NCBI GenBank assembly: GCA_001793855.1
Contig: MGIR01000001.1
Span: forward strand, 93,891 to 157,890
Origin: Candidatus Wolfebacteria bacterium RIFCSPLOWO2_01_FULL_45_19
GTDB taxonomy: Bacteria; Patescibacteriota; Minisyncoccia; UBA6257; GWB1-45-9
DNA: 64,000 nt
Reading direction: 5' to 3'
A program made the position numbers and the translations under genes. Below are positions 46,818 to 55,196 of the stretch, piece after piece. Under the pieces are notes generated by a model. It was not told the DNA's origin. It searched no databases and saw only the letters and a list, made by a program, of their open reading frames with translations. Every line of letters begins with the position of its first letter. Position 1 is the first letter of the stretch.

Positions 46818-47351
46818 GCCGATGTAGCCATACCCTTCAATCTGCGACCATTTCTTAATTTGATATTGGTCTATAATCTTAGTATACTAGGATTATGCCA
46901 AATCCTAAGAAGCCCAGGAGCAATTGTCTTATTTGCAGTAAAGAAACGAACCGCGCGGAATATAAATATTGCAGTAACGCATGTCAGCAAGAATATCAAT
47001 ACGATGTGTATATTCATAGATGGAAAAAAGGTGAAGAGAAAGGTTTAAGCTCAATCGGATTAGTTTCACCGTACATAAAACGATATTTACGCAGAAAGTT
47101 TAAAAATAAATGTTGTTTGTGCGAATGGGCAGAAATTAATCCGAAAACTGGATTAGTTCCATTAGTTGCTGATCATATTGATGGAAATTGGAAAAATAAT
47201 ATCGAGAAAAATCTGCGTTTAATTTGTCCGAATTGTGATTCGTTAAGTCCTACGTTTGCTGCGTTAAATAAAGGAAATGGACGAACAAATAGAACTCGAA
47301 GTAAACGGGCACAAGAAGGTCGTTTGTTGGCAATGAATATGCCGATGTAGC
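46818..47351 (+). mobile_element. candidate insertion: free-standing HNH endonuclease gene bounded by 11-bp direct repeats derived from the 5' end of tRNA-Thr
   Basis: gccgatgtagc occurs at 46818-46828 and again at 47341-47351 (the tRNA-Thr 5' end). The enclosed segment is AT-rich. Confidence 0.45.
46895..47350 (+). CDS. HNH endonuclease with zinc-finger
   Basis: The HNH motif (VADHIDGNWKNN...NLRLICPNC) is present with paired CxxC motifs. The CDS 3' end overlaps the tRNA-Thr 5' end. Confidence 0.7.
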   Translation: MPNPKKPRSNCLICSKETNRAEYKYCSNACQQEYQYDVYIHRWKKGEEKGLSSIGLVSPYIKRYLRRKFKNKCCLCEWAEINPKTGLVPLVADHIDGNWKNNIEKNLRLICPNCDSLSPTFAALNKGNGRTNRTRSKRAQEGRLLAMNMPM

Positions 47352-47414
47352 TTAGTGGCAAAGCAATGGTTTCGTAAACCATGGACGGCAGTTCAATTCT
47401 GCCCATCGGCTCCA
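47341..47414 (+). tRNA. tRNA-Thr (anticodon CGU), CCA encoded
   Basis: The acceptor stem is GCCGATG/CATCGGC. The anticodon arm is atggt-TTCGTAA-accat and the T-loop is TTCAATT. The 3' end is TCCA. Confidence 0.85.
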
Positions 47415-47435
47415 AGATTTATTCAAATATCAAAA

Positions 47436-48401
47436 ATGAAAAAACTTGACAGAGCAACGCTAATTGAGCTTCAGTGGCGCGATTTAATTTTTTGGCCGGT
47501 AACTCGTCCGCTTGGCATTTTATATGAATACGTTATTACGGCGATTGTAAAACTTATACGCCTCGTGATTCCGCGCCGTGACGCAACCGCACAAATTGAG
47601 GACCCACTAGACACGGCAGTAAGAAAAGAAATTTTCACTCTCGCAAACCTTGCTTCGTTTTACGGCTTGTTTCTTATCGGAGAGCTATTTTATGTAATCT
47701 GGGCGTTCACGACGAATCAACCTTCCGTTGAATTATGGTCAATTTCCGCATGGCTCCTTGACCTTAAAACGCCGGGAATCTGGACCATTGCCTGGCTCGT
47801 TACTGAAATCGTGCTGACGGACACCATTGACGGGCCGCTCGCCAGAACCAACGCGCGAGTAAGCGCCCTGGGCACTCTCTTGGACCACACAAGAGATTAT
47901 CTCGTTACTTTTGTCGCGCTTTTTTTCCTTATTGCCATCACGGCAATTCACCGCGACTGGGCGTTTTTGGCGCTTGCCGTCGCCAACGCCGCGGGGCTAG
48001 CTCTTTTTATAAGCTACCACGTGATATTTTTTAAAAAAATTGTCGTACGGGACGCGCGGATGCTTAGAGATGCCGCGTTATCCAACGGCAAACGTTGGAG
48101 CGCCTTTTTTAAACACGCGCTTCTTGAAGAATATCAGACCAATTTAACCGGAAGAATTCATTTCACAGCACTGGCTTTCACGGTCGGTTCAGGACTTTTT
48201 TATTACGCAACCGGAGCGGAATGGATTTATATCACGTTCACAATAGCCCTTACAGCGACCATCGTAGTCACTTCGTATTATTTGTACGAGCTTTGGGGAG
48301 AATACTACGCTCGTTGGCAAGTAAAAGCGCACGCGCGTTCTCAATCTTTTAAAGAAAGGGTTGCTCGGCGCATTGAACGCAAAAAAACACAAAACAAATA
48401 A
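47436..48401 (+). CDS. CDP-alcohol phosphatidyltransferase family protein
   Basis: The signature D-G-x2-A-R-x8-G-x3-D-x3-D is present as DGPLARTNARVSALGTLLDHTRD. The start was set at MKKLDR after the tRNA. Confidence 0.7.
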   Translation: MKKLDRATLIELQWRDLIFWPVTRPLGILYEYVITAIVKLIRLVIPRRDATAQIEDPLDTAVRKEIFTLANLASFYGLFLIGELFYVIWAFTTNQPSVELWSISAWLLDLKTPGIWTIAWLVTEIVLTDTIDGPLARTNARVSALGTLLDHTRDYLVTFVALFFLIAITAIHRDWAFLALAVANAAGLALFISYHVIFFKKIVVRDARMLRDAALSNGKRWSAFFKHALLEEYQTNLTGRIHFTALAFTVGSGLFYYATGAEWIYITFTIALTATIVVTSYYLYELWGEYYARWQVKAHARSQSFKERVARRIERKKTQNK

Positions 48402-48464
48402 TTCGCTCACGAATTTATTGCTTTCACTTCGCTAATAGGTTTCGTAAAGGATGGTTTGAGCTTA

Positions 48465-48494
48465 TTGGCCGTGCCGTTCCGGCCGTGGTATAAT
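48465..48494 (+). promoter_or_regulatory. promoter TTGGCC-N18-TATAAT
   Basis: The elements are in the sequence, upstream of prfB. Confidence 0.45.
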
Positions 48495-48509
48495 CAAAGC
48501 TCAAGAACG

Positions 48510-49566
48510 ATGAAAAAATTTGAAGACAGAAAACAAACGCTGAAAGAGCGCGCCCGACTTCTATCGGGCCGTCTTTGACGTATCGGGAAAAAAGAAAAAG
48601 ATAGAAGAGATTGACGGCGAAGTAAGCAATCCCGAAATATGGAAAGACCGCAGACGCGCGGAGGAATTGCTTAAAGAACGCGGCCAGCTTCACGAATTGG
48701 TCGCGCAGTTTGAGGAACTTGAAAAAGAAATTGAAGTTGCGGACGAGGGGAATATTGATGAGACAGAAAAAAAATTCAACAAACTTGAACTTCAACGGCT
48801 TCTTTCCGGAAAATATGATGCTTCCAACGCCGTGGTTTCAATTTTTTCCGGAGCCGGCGGACAAGACGCCGAGGATTGGACCGCGATGCTTTATGAAATG
48901 TACGCAAAGTACGCTGCAGAGCGCAAATGGCAAATAGTGATTCTGGACGAACGCTTCGGCGAAGTCGGCGCGAAAACCGGGCGTATGCCGTTAAAACACA
49001 TCTCTTTTGAAATAAAAGGGGGGCATGCTTTCGGCTATCTTAAGGGCGAGCAGGGAGTGCACCGCTTGGTGAGAACTTCCCCGTTTTCGGCGAAACAATC
49101 GCGCCACACCTCTTTCGCTCTGGTTGAGGTTTTGCCGGAACTTCCGGAAATAGAAGAAAAAAATATGGTTCTTCCGTCTGAGGACTTGGAAGTGGATTTT
49201 TCGCGCGCAGGCGGTCCCGGCGGCCAGAACGTAAACAAGGTTGAAACGGCTGTACGGATAACCCATAAACCAACCGGAATAACCGCGGCTTCGCGCTCAG
49301 AACGTTCCCAATCGCAAAATCGCGAGAAAGCGCTAAAATTGCTTAAAGCAAAATTATTTCGCTTTATGGAAACGGCTCAAATTAAAGAACTCGGCGCCCT
49401 GCGCACGAAAGTCAAGCCGGAATGGGGCAGTCAGATCCGTTCTTATGTTTTAAACCCGTATAAAATGGTAAAAGACCACCGAACCGGCGCGGAAACGGCG
49501 CAAGTGGAAAATGTGTTAAACGGCGAAATTGATATATTTATTGAAGCCGAGTTACAATTAGGATAA
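48510..49566 (+). CDS. prfB: peptide chain release factor 2, requires programmed +1 frameshift (join 48510..48575, 48577..49566)
   Basis: Frame 0 encodes [22 protein letters not shown] and then TGA. The +1 frame continues as DVSGKKK and runs into the 299-aa RF2 body, which carries SPF and GGQ motifs. Confidence 0.9.
48573..48579 (+). other. canonical RF2 autoregulatory +1 frameshift site CTT TGA C
   Basis: CTTTGAC sits exactly at the junction of the two frames. A weak GGG Shine-Dalgarno-like element lies upstream. Confidence 0.85.
49437..49558 (+). repeat. direct repeat, left copy (prfB 3' end)
   Basis: About 88% identical to 55497-55618. Confidence 0.8.
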
Positions 49567-49568
49567 TC

Positions 49569-52500
49569 ATGAATATTGAAAAATTGCTCCTGTTTTCGTT
49601 AATTGTTGTAATTTTTTGGACAGGGATTTGGGAGATAAATATAGCATTTGCCAATTTTAGCGACGATTTTGAAGCATATGAGGTTGATTCCTTGTTGAGT
49701 GATACCGCCGATTGGGAATGCAGCGGTTCTTCCGTTTGGAGGATAACAGATCAAGATTTTAATACAGGCACTCGTTCGGTGGGTCGCATAGAAAACACTG
49801 GTCACTCCCGTCATTGTTGGAGAAATTTTGAAGTTACGAAATCCGGGGTTTTTAAACTTTCCATAAAAAGACCCTCTACTTTTGGATTCGAAGGCCCAGC
49901 TTTTGAATTAAGAACAGGACCGGGTACTTCCGGCGATTTTGTTGCCAACTTTGCTTATAGTAATGATAGAACCATTTCGTGTAATGCCCCAGGTTTTAGT
50001 TTTACTTGTGGAACTTGGACTCCAAATGAATGGCAAGAACATGGCATAGCTTGGAATTCTGTCAATAATAAAATTCGGTGGTTTATGAATGGTGAATGGA
50101 CTGAATTTAAAAGCAGCGATATTCCTGCTCCCGCGAGCGCTACTATTAGTTGTTGCACCTCCGGCCATGAAGGTGTTTTTCTAGATGATATTAAGTTTAC
50201 TCCAGGAATTAAAAATTTAGAAATCACAGAACCTCCATCAACAGAAATTTCTGAGTCACCTTCAAATTTCGTTATTCAATTTGATACTGATGCAACAAAT
50301 TGGAACGGCAAGGTGGACGTTCAGGTTCGCGAGCTTACAGACCCTTTCCGTGATACCGGTATGCTTTCTGGCTACCAATCTTTCACTTTTTCAAGCGCGG
50401 GCACCAAAACGGTTGCTTTTACTAATCCTCTGAATTTTTTGCCAAGCGGAAGATACAAACTAACCGTTAGAGTATTTGCCTCTGTGCCTGGAGGAGATTT
50501 TCTGGAACTCGATAATATTTCCCGCATATTCCGCCTCCCTTCCGGATTTTTTACCGATCTTGATGAAGATTTTGAAGCATACGAGGTTGGTCAACAATTA
50601 GGCAAACAAGATAATTGGGAATGCAATGAGTCCATAGAAACGCACAGGTGGTTTGTTAATGATGAAAATGTTTTTTCAGGAGCCAGGGCTATACGTAAAA
50701 TGGGCGCTCATGATGCAATTTGTCGTAGAAATTTTGACAACGTTAGCAATGGGCAAATCTTTTTTGCCGCAAATCACGCGCAAGCAGACCCATTTAGCAG
50801 ATTAGCTTTTTCAGTTAGGAATGCGGCAGGCAATATAAATGATCAGTTCGGCGGCTCAGAAGATAGAATCGGACTTATTAATTTAAGAGGAGACGGAACG
50901 GTTGAATGTCACACTATTGAAAGCTCTTCTGTTTGCGGCACTCACAATATAGGCGAATGGGCTCAATATGGTATTGAGTGGGATGGTATATTAGGGCGCG
51001 TTCGTTTTAATGTTAATGGGGAGTGGACGGATTGGTTTGATAGTAATAACGCTCGCGATGGCGCGGAATTTTACTTTTTAGCCGCTGGCGCCGGCTCTGG
51101 CAATACTCAGGTTATGTTTATAGACGATATTCGTTTTGCTTTTGTTACTCCGGAACCAGAACAATTAAATCCTGTTATTATAGTGCCGGGGCTTTTGGGG
51201 TCGTGGCAGAAAGATGGTGAATGGATTATTGATCCGATTTTTCGTAAATATGATGAATTAATTCGTCTTCTTGACGTAAGTGGATACACGCCGGATGTTG
51301 ATTTGTTTACTTTTCCTTATGACTGGCAGCAAGGTGTAAGTTTGAGCAGCGATCAGCTTGCAGCAAAAATTGTCGAAATACGGAGCATTTGCCAGTGTCA
51401 AAAAGTGGATATAATCGCGCACAGCATGGGCGGTTTGGTGGCGCGTTCATATGCCCAAAGTGGTGATTATCAAAACGATATTGACCAAATTATCTTTTTG
51501 GGAACATCGCACGAAGGATTATCTTGGGCATACTTGTTATGGGAAGGAGGAGAAATAACGCCACAAATATTTTCTTTGGGCTTTGATAAAATAATGGAGC
51601 TTTATTTGAATTGGAAATCTATTATTTCTTTCGCTGGAAGTAAATTTGCTTATATCCAAAACGCCATTCTTTCAATTAAAGATTTGTTGCCGACTTATGA
51701 TTACTTGAAGGATGCGGATACTGAAATTTTGCGTAATTATCCTGATAATTATCCCGTCAATTTCTTTTTGGAACTATTGAATTCTTCTTTATCAGAAAAT
51801 AGATTGTCAGAACGCGGTATCAGAATTACTAATATTGTCGGCAACATAGAGCCAAACTTTATAGATGGCAAACTGGTAGATGAAACTTTGGGCACGATAA
51901 GGGTTGTGGATAGGCCTAATCTTTTACCGAAATGGGAGCATGGTTTTCCAGAAAATTTCGACGTACCATTTACCGACCACGGCTTGGAGTTCGATGAGGG
52001 AGATCGCAGAGTTACTCTTGAAAGTGCTTCTCACAACTTTTCTTCAACCGTTATCTCACGTGCCGATCGCAATCTTCACGCAAACTTGCCTGTGGTCGCC
52101 TGGCAGCAAATTCACGAAGCGTTATTCGGCATCCCATCGCCTGAGCGGGGAGTCCCTATTGTTATTGAAGAATCGTTGATTATACCGATTTTTTCGCCTG
52201 CTGATATCCAAATTATCGATCCGCTAGGCAGGAGAATTGGCAAGGATTTTTCAATTGGTCAGGAAATTAATGAAATACCCTTCGCATTCTACAGCGGCTT
52301 TAATAGCGATTTGGAATTTATTTTTATTCCCAATCCTCTTGATGGAGAATATCAAATCAAAGTTCAGGGAACCGATGAGGGCAGTTATGAAGTTCAATCT
52401 GCTTTTGTCAACGATGCAACTTCAACAGTTGCGACTTTTATGGCCAATATTCAAGAGAGCCTTGTTCAGAATCTGAGCTTTGTCTTTAATGTTTCCTCGC

Positions 52501-53129
52501 CGGAGTTAACAACTATACAACCGGAAGATACAACTCCACCTATCATAACCAGCACTCAAATTCCATCCGAAGTTTTGTTGAACTCACCGCCCTTAACGTT
52601 TAATTTCTCAGCTCAAGACGATTTAACGGGTGTATTCAGCATATCAGCAACGCTAAATGATCAATCTATCACTAATGGTTCTGCCATAAACTTTGATATT
52701 CCCGGAACTTACTTTATAGAGATCGTTGCGGAAGATTTTGTGGGCAACGTTGCTACGGAAACAATAATATTTGATGTAATTTATGAGTTTGGCGGTTTTC
52801 TTCCGCCGGTTAAAGCCGATGGCTCTGGCATTTATAAACTCGGCAGAACTTTGCCCGTGAAGTTCCAGTTGGCCGATGTTTCTGGTCAGTTTATTTCTAC
52901 AGCTACAGCGACACTTACCCTTGCTAAAGTTCAAGACGAAAGCATCGGCAACGAGGAAACTCCTCTTTCTACATCGGCGGCTGACACAGATAATATTTTT
53001 AGATATGATAGTGAGAATAACCAATATATTTATAATTTATCTACTGATATGATGTCAGTAGGAACGTGGCAATTAAGAATTAATTTGGATGACGACCGAC
53101 ATTACACAGTGTTTATATCAATAAAATAA
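49569..53129 (+). CDS. large secreted/surface protein: signal/TM + 2 LamG-like domains + class-2-lipase-like alpha/beta hydrolase + Ig-like (HYR/PKD-like) domains + C-terminal ~105-aa variable module
   Basis: The N-terminal hydrophobic segment is followed by a duplicated ~190-aa domain that starts DDFEAYEV and ends DDI(K/R)F. The lipase core (PVIIVPGLLGS, VDIIAHSMGG) resembles B. subtilis LipA (VDIVAHSMGG). A VGN-containing beta-domain follows. The C-terminal module is FRYDSENNQYIYNL...GTWQLRINLDDD. Confidence 0.7.
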   Translation: MNIEKLLLFSLIVVIFWTGIWEINIAFANFSDDFEAYEVDSLLSDTADWECSGSSVWRITDQDFNTGTRSVGRIENTGHSRHCWRNFEVTKSGVFKLSIKRPSTFGFEGPAFELRTGPGTSGDFVANFAYSNDRTISCNAPGFSFTCGTWTPNEWQEHGIAWNSVNNKIRWFMNGEWTEFKSSDIPAPASATISCCTSGHEGVFLDDIKFTPGIKNLEITEPPSTEISESPSNFVIQFDTDATNWNGKVDVQVRELTDPFRDTGMLSGYQSFTFSSAGTKTVAFTNPLNFLPSGRYKLTVRVFASVPGGDFLELDNISRIFRLPSGFFTDLDEDFEAYEVGQQLGKQDNWECNESIETHRWFVNDENVFSGARAIRKMGAHDAICRRNFDNVSNGQIFFAANHAQADPFSRLAFSVRNAAGNINDQFGGSEDRIGLINLRGDGTVECHTIESSSVCGTHNIGEWAQYGIEWDGILGRVRFNVNGEWTDWFDSNNARDGAEFYFLAAGAGSGNTQVMFIDDIRFAFVTPEPEQLNPVIIVPGLLGSWQKDGEWIIDPIFRKYDELIRLLDVSGYTPDVDLFTFPYDWQQGVSLSSDQLAAKIVEIRSICQCQKVDIIAHSMGGLVARSYAQSGDYQNDIDQIIFLGTSHEGLSWAYLLWEGGEITPQIFSLGFDKIMELYLNWKSIISFAGSKFAYIQNAILSIKDLLPTYDYLKDADTEILRNYPDNYPVNFFLELLNSSLSENRLSERGIRITNIVGNIEPNFIDGKLVDETLGTIRVVDRPNLLPKWEHGFPENFDVPFTDHGLEFDEGDRRVTLESASHNFSSTVISRADRNLHANLPVVAWQQIHEALFGIPSPERGVPIVIEESLIIPIFSPADIQIIDPLGRRIGKDFSIGQEINEIPFAFYSGFNSDLEFIFIPNPLDGEYQIKVQGTDEGSYEVQSAFVNDATSTVATFMANIQESLVQNLSFVFNVSSPELTTIQPEDTTPPIITSTQIPSEVLLNSPPLTFNFSAQDDLTGVFSISATLNDQSITNGSAINFDIPGTYFIEIVAEDFVGNVATETIIFDVIYEFGGFLPPVKADGSGIYKLGRTLPVKFQLADVSGQFISTATATLTLAKVQDESIGNEETPLSTSAADTDNIFRYDSENNQYIYNLSTDMMSVGTWQLRINLDDDRHYTVFISIK

Positions 53130-53132
53130 AGC

Positions 53133-53747
53133 ATGAAGAATTTGCCTCAAATGCAAAAATTGGCACTTATATTGTTATTAACGCTCATACTTACCTTTTT
53201 CACGGCGGAATTTATTGGTCGTCTCCTATTTGACTTTATTCTTGACAAATTCCCTCCGATCTTTGGAGTTTCATTTGGATATCAGGAGATGTGGTACTAT
53301 ATTTTCGGCCTCTTTGCGGCACCAATTATTTTGTTCTCTCTTTCTCTCTATATTATCGTTGATAAAACAGAAATACGATTAAAAGAAGTTCTTACGCAGT
53401 TCCTTAAGAGCAGCACGGTTCTATTAGTAACCGCATTGTTGAGTTATTTTATGGGTGGTTATTTTGGATGGATAGCAGAAAGATTTTCCCCAGATTTAGC
53501 CTCTGGTTGGATACCCACGAAATCAGCAAGGATTCTAGTCGGCACACTCCACGCCCCTTCTTTCTTTCTTTCTTTCTTTTACTTTTTTCTCGTGAGAATG
53601 AAAGAGAATATCTTTAGAAATATTATGATTGCTTTTCTAATCCTATCAGTTCTTCCCAACCTTATTTTCGCGCCAATTTATATCGCCGTTGGATACGTAT
53701 TGGCAAAATCTATTCTTTATTTAAAATCACAAATAGTAAAAAAATGA
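53133..53747 (+). CDS. hypothetical membrane protein (204 aa), contains in-frame (TTTC)5
   Basis: Multiple transmembrane segments are present. The protein is a weak paralog of the small ORFs at 54062 and 54878 (FILDKFPPIFGVSFG versus FLENFGIFLTSSFPSL). Confidence 0.5.
   Translation: MKNLPQMQKLALILLLTLILTFFTAEFIGRLLFDFILDKFPPIFGVSFGYQEMWYYIFGLFAAPIILFSLSLYIIVDKTEIRLKEVLTQFLKSSTVLLVTALLSYFMGGYFGWIAERFSPDLASGWIPTKSARILVGTLHAPSFFLSFFYFFLVRMKENIFRNIMIAFLILSVLPNLIFAPIYIAVGYVLAKSILYLKSQIVKK
53557..53580. repeat. (TTTC)5-6 tetranucleotide microsatellite inside CDS
   Basis: cttctttctttctttctttctttt. Confidence 0.8.
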
Positions 53748-54044
53748 CCGCTTTTCAACCGCACACTTCCCGTTAAATTTCAATTAACGGATTTAAATAA
53801 TACCTTCATTGATTCCGCAACAGCCCATCTTTTCCTTGCCAAATTAACAGATGACATACTGGGAACGGAAGAAATAGCCATATCAACATCAAATGCAGAT
53901 ACCGGCAATCAATTTAGATATGACGACGAAAACAACCAATATATATTTAATCTTGATACAGGAACGTTATCCGTAGGAACTTGGCGACTGAGAGTAGAAC
54001 TTGATGATGGAAAAAGCTATATTGTGAATGTATCAATGAGGTGA
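53748..54044 (+). pseudogene. start-less paralogous copy (fragment 1) of the C-terminal module of the 1186-aa protein
   Basis: The fragment encodes LFNRTLPVKFQLTD...FRYDDENNQYIFNLDTGTLSVGTWRLRVELDDGKSYIVNVSMR and then a stop. It begins directly after the stop of ORF 53133. It is about 90% identical in nucleotides to fragment 2. Confidence 0.7.
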
Positions 54045-54061
54045 GGAAATAAAAGAAAAAC

Positions 54062-54262
54062 ATGAAATTTCACATGAAGAAATCATATTGGATAAATCTA
54101 GGGCTTGGGTTGGGAGTTGGGTTGATGTGGGGTTTTGGTATATTTACATACGGGTTTTTAGCAAGAGCGAATGTTTTAATTGCGGAATTTTTAATTAGTG
54201 TTTTTCCTTTCCTGAATTTTAAATTATTTGAACCTGAATATATATATATATATATATTCTAG
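54062..54262 (+). CDS. small membrane ORF (66 aa), truncated paralog of 54878 ORF; ends in (TA)n
   Basis: MKFHMKKSYWINLGLGLGVG matches MKLQIKKSYLISLGLGILGA in the 54878 ORF. Confidence 0.4.
   Translation: MKFHMKKSYWINLGLGLGVGLMWGFGIFTYGFLARANVLIAEFLISVFPFLNFKLFEPEYIYIYIF
54238..54257. repeat. (TA)10 dinucleotide microsatellite at 3' end of ORF 54062
   Basis: tatatatatatatatatata. Confidence 0.85.
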
Positions 54263-54344
54263 CTATTTTATTATTTTACCTCTCTTGTTTTTGAATTTTG
54301 CCTTTCCTATTTTTAGACAAGAATTTCGCGAATCCGTTAACAAG

Positions 54345-54378
54345 CTTTCTTTTCTTTTCTTTTCTTTTCTTTTCTTTC
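54345..54378. repeat. (TTTTC)6 pentanucleotide microsatellite
   Basis: ctttc followed by five copies of ttttc. Confidence 0.85.
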
Positions 54379-54448
54379 GGCGCTATACTTGCTTGTAGAT
54401 TTTGGATTTGGGGTATACATCAAGCCTTCTCCAACGCTTCGTTTCTGT

Positions 54449-54861
54449 AAATAGTAGAATCCAAAGACAATGCTGGTAATCCAAGAGTTTCAGAGTTTCG
54501 TTTTAACGCCATTTATCAATTTAACGGCTTTCTTCCACCTATCAAATCTGATGGCTCCGGCATTTACAAACTCAATCGCACACTTCCTGTTAAATTCCAA
54601 TTAACAGACGCGAACGGCAATTTTATTGATTCCGCAATCGCGTATCTTTTCCTTGCCAAACTAACAAATGACATACTGGGAACAGAAGAAATAGCCATAT
54701 CAACATCAAATGCAGATACAAGCAATCAATTTAGATATGACGATGAAACCAACCAATACATATTCAATCTTGATACCGGAACATTATCCGCAGGAACATG
54801 GAGGTTGAGAACAGAACTTGATGATGGAAAAAGCTATACTGTAGATATATCAATGAGGTGA
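54449..54861 (+). pseudogene. start-less paralogous copy (fragment 2) of the C-terminal region of the 1186-aa protein
   Basis: The fragment encodes VESKDNAGNPRVSEFRFNAIYQFNGFLPPIKSDGSGIYKLNRTLPVKFQLTD...GTWRLRTELDDGKSYTVDISMR and then a stop. It is preceded by an in-frame TAA. Confidence 0.7.
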
Positions 54862-54877
54862 AAAAATAAAGAAAGCT

Positions 54878-55174
54878 ATGAAATTACAAATCAAGAAATC
54901 GTATTTGATTAGTTTGGGGTTGGGGATTTTGGGAGCAGCGGTTGTAATGTTTAGTGCTTTGAAATTTCAATTTTTTGGATTATTTTTGGAAAATTTCGGT
55001 ATTTTTTTAACATCCTCGTTCCCATCTCTTGATATATACTCATTTGAAATTCCGGGCTTTGTAGTTTATTTAATATGTCTTCCTTTTATATTATTAAACA
55101 ACGCGTTCTCCATATTCATTCAAGAACTAAAAGCATCTGCTCATAAGCCTTCTTTTTCTTTTCTTTGGGAGTAG
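54878..55174 (+). CDS. small membrane ORF (98 aa), paralog of 54062 ORF
   Basis: Transmembrane segments are present. Its 3' end contains a TTTTC-type repeat (55150-55168). Confidence 0.45.
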   Translation: MKLQIKKSYLISLGLGILGAAVVMFSALKFQFFGLFLENFGIFLTSSFPSLDIYSFEIPGFVVYLICLPFILLNNAFSIFIQELKASAHKPSFSFLWE

Positions 55175-55196
55175 CATTGTCTTATAGTTTTTTTGT

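Noticed and set aside
47173-47415. 80-aa minus-strand ORF covering tRNA-Thr and the HNH 3' end
   Set aside because: It overlaps a confident tRNA, so it is spurious.
48424-48795. 123-aa minus-strand ORF across the prfB leader and frameshift region
   Set aside because: It is antisense to prfB. The real explanation for the odd ORF structure here is the programmed +1 frameshift.
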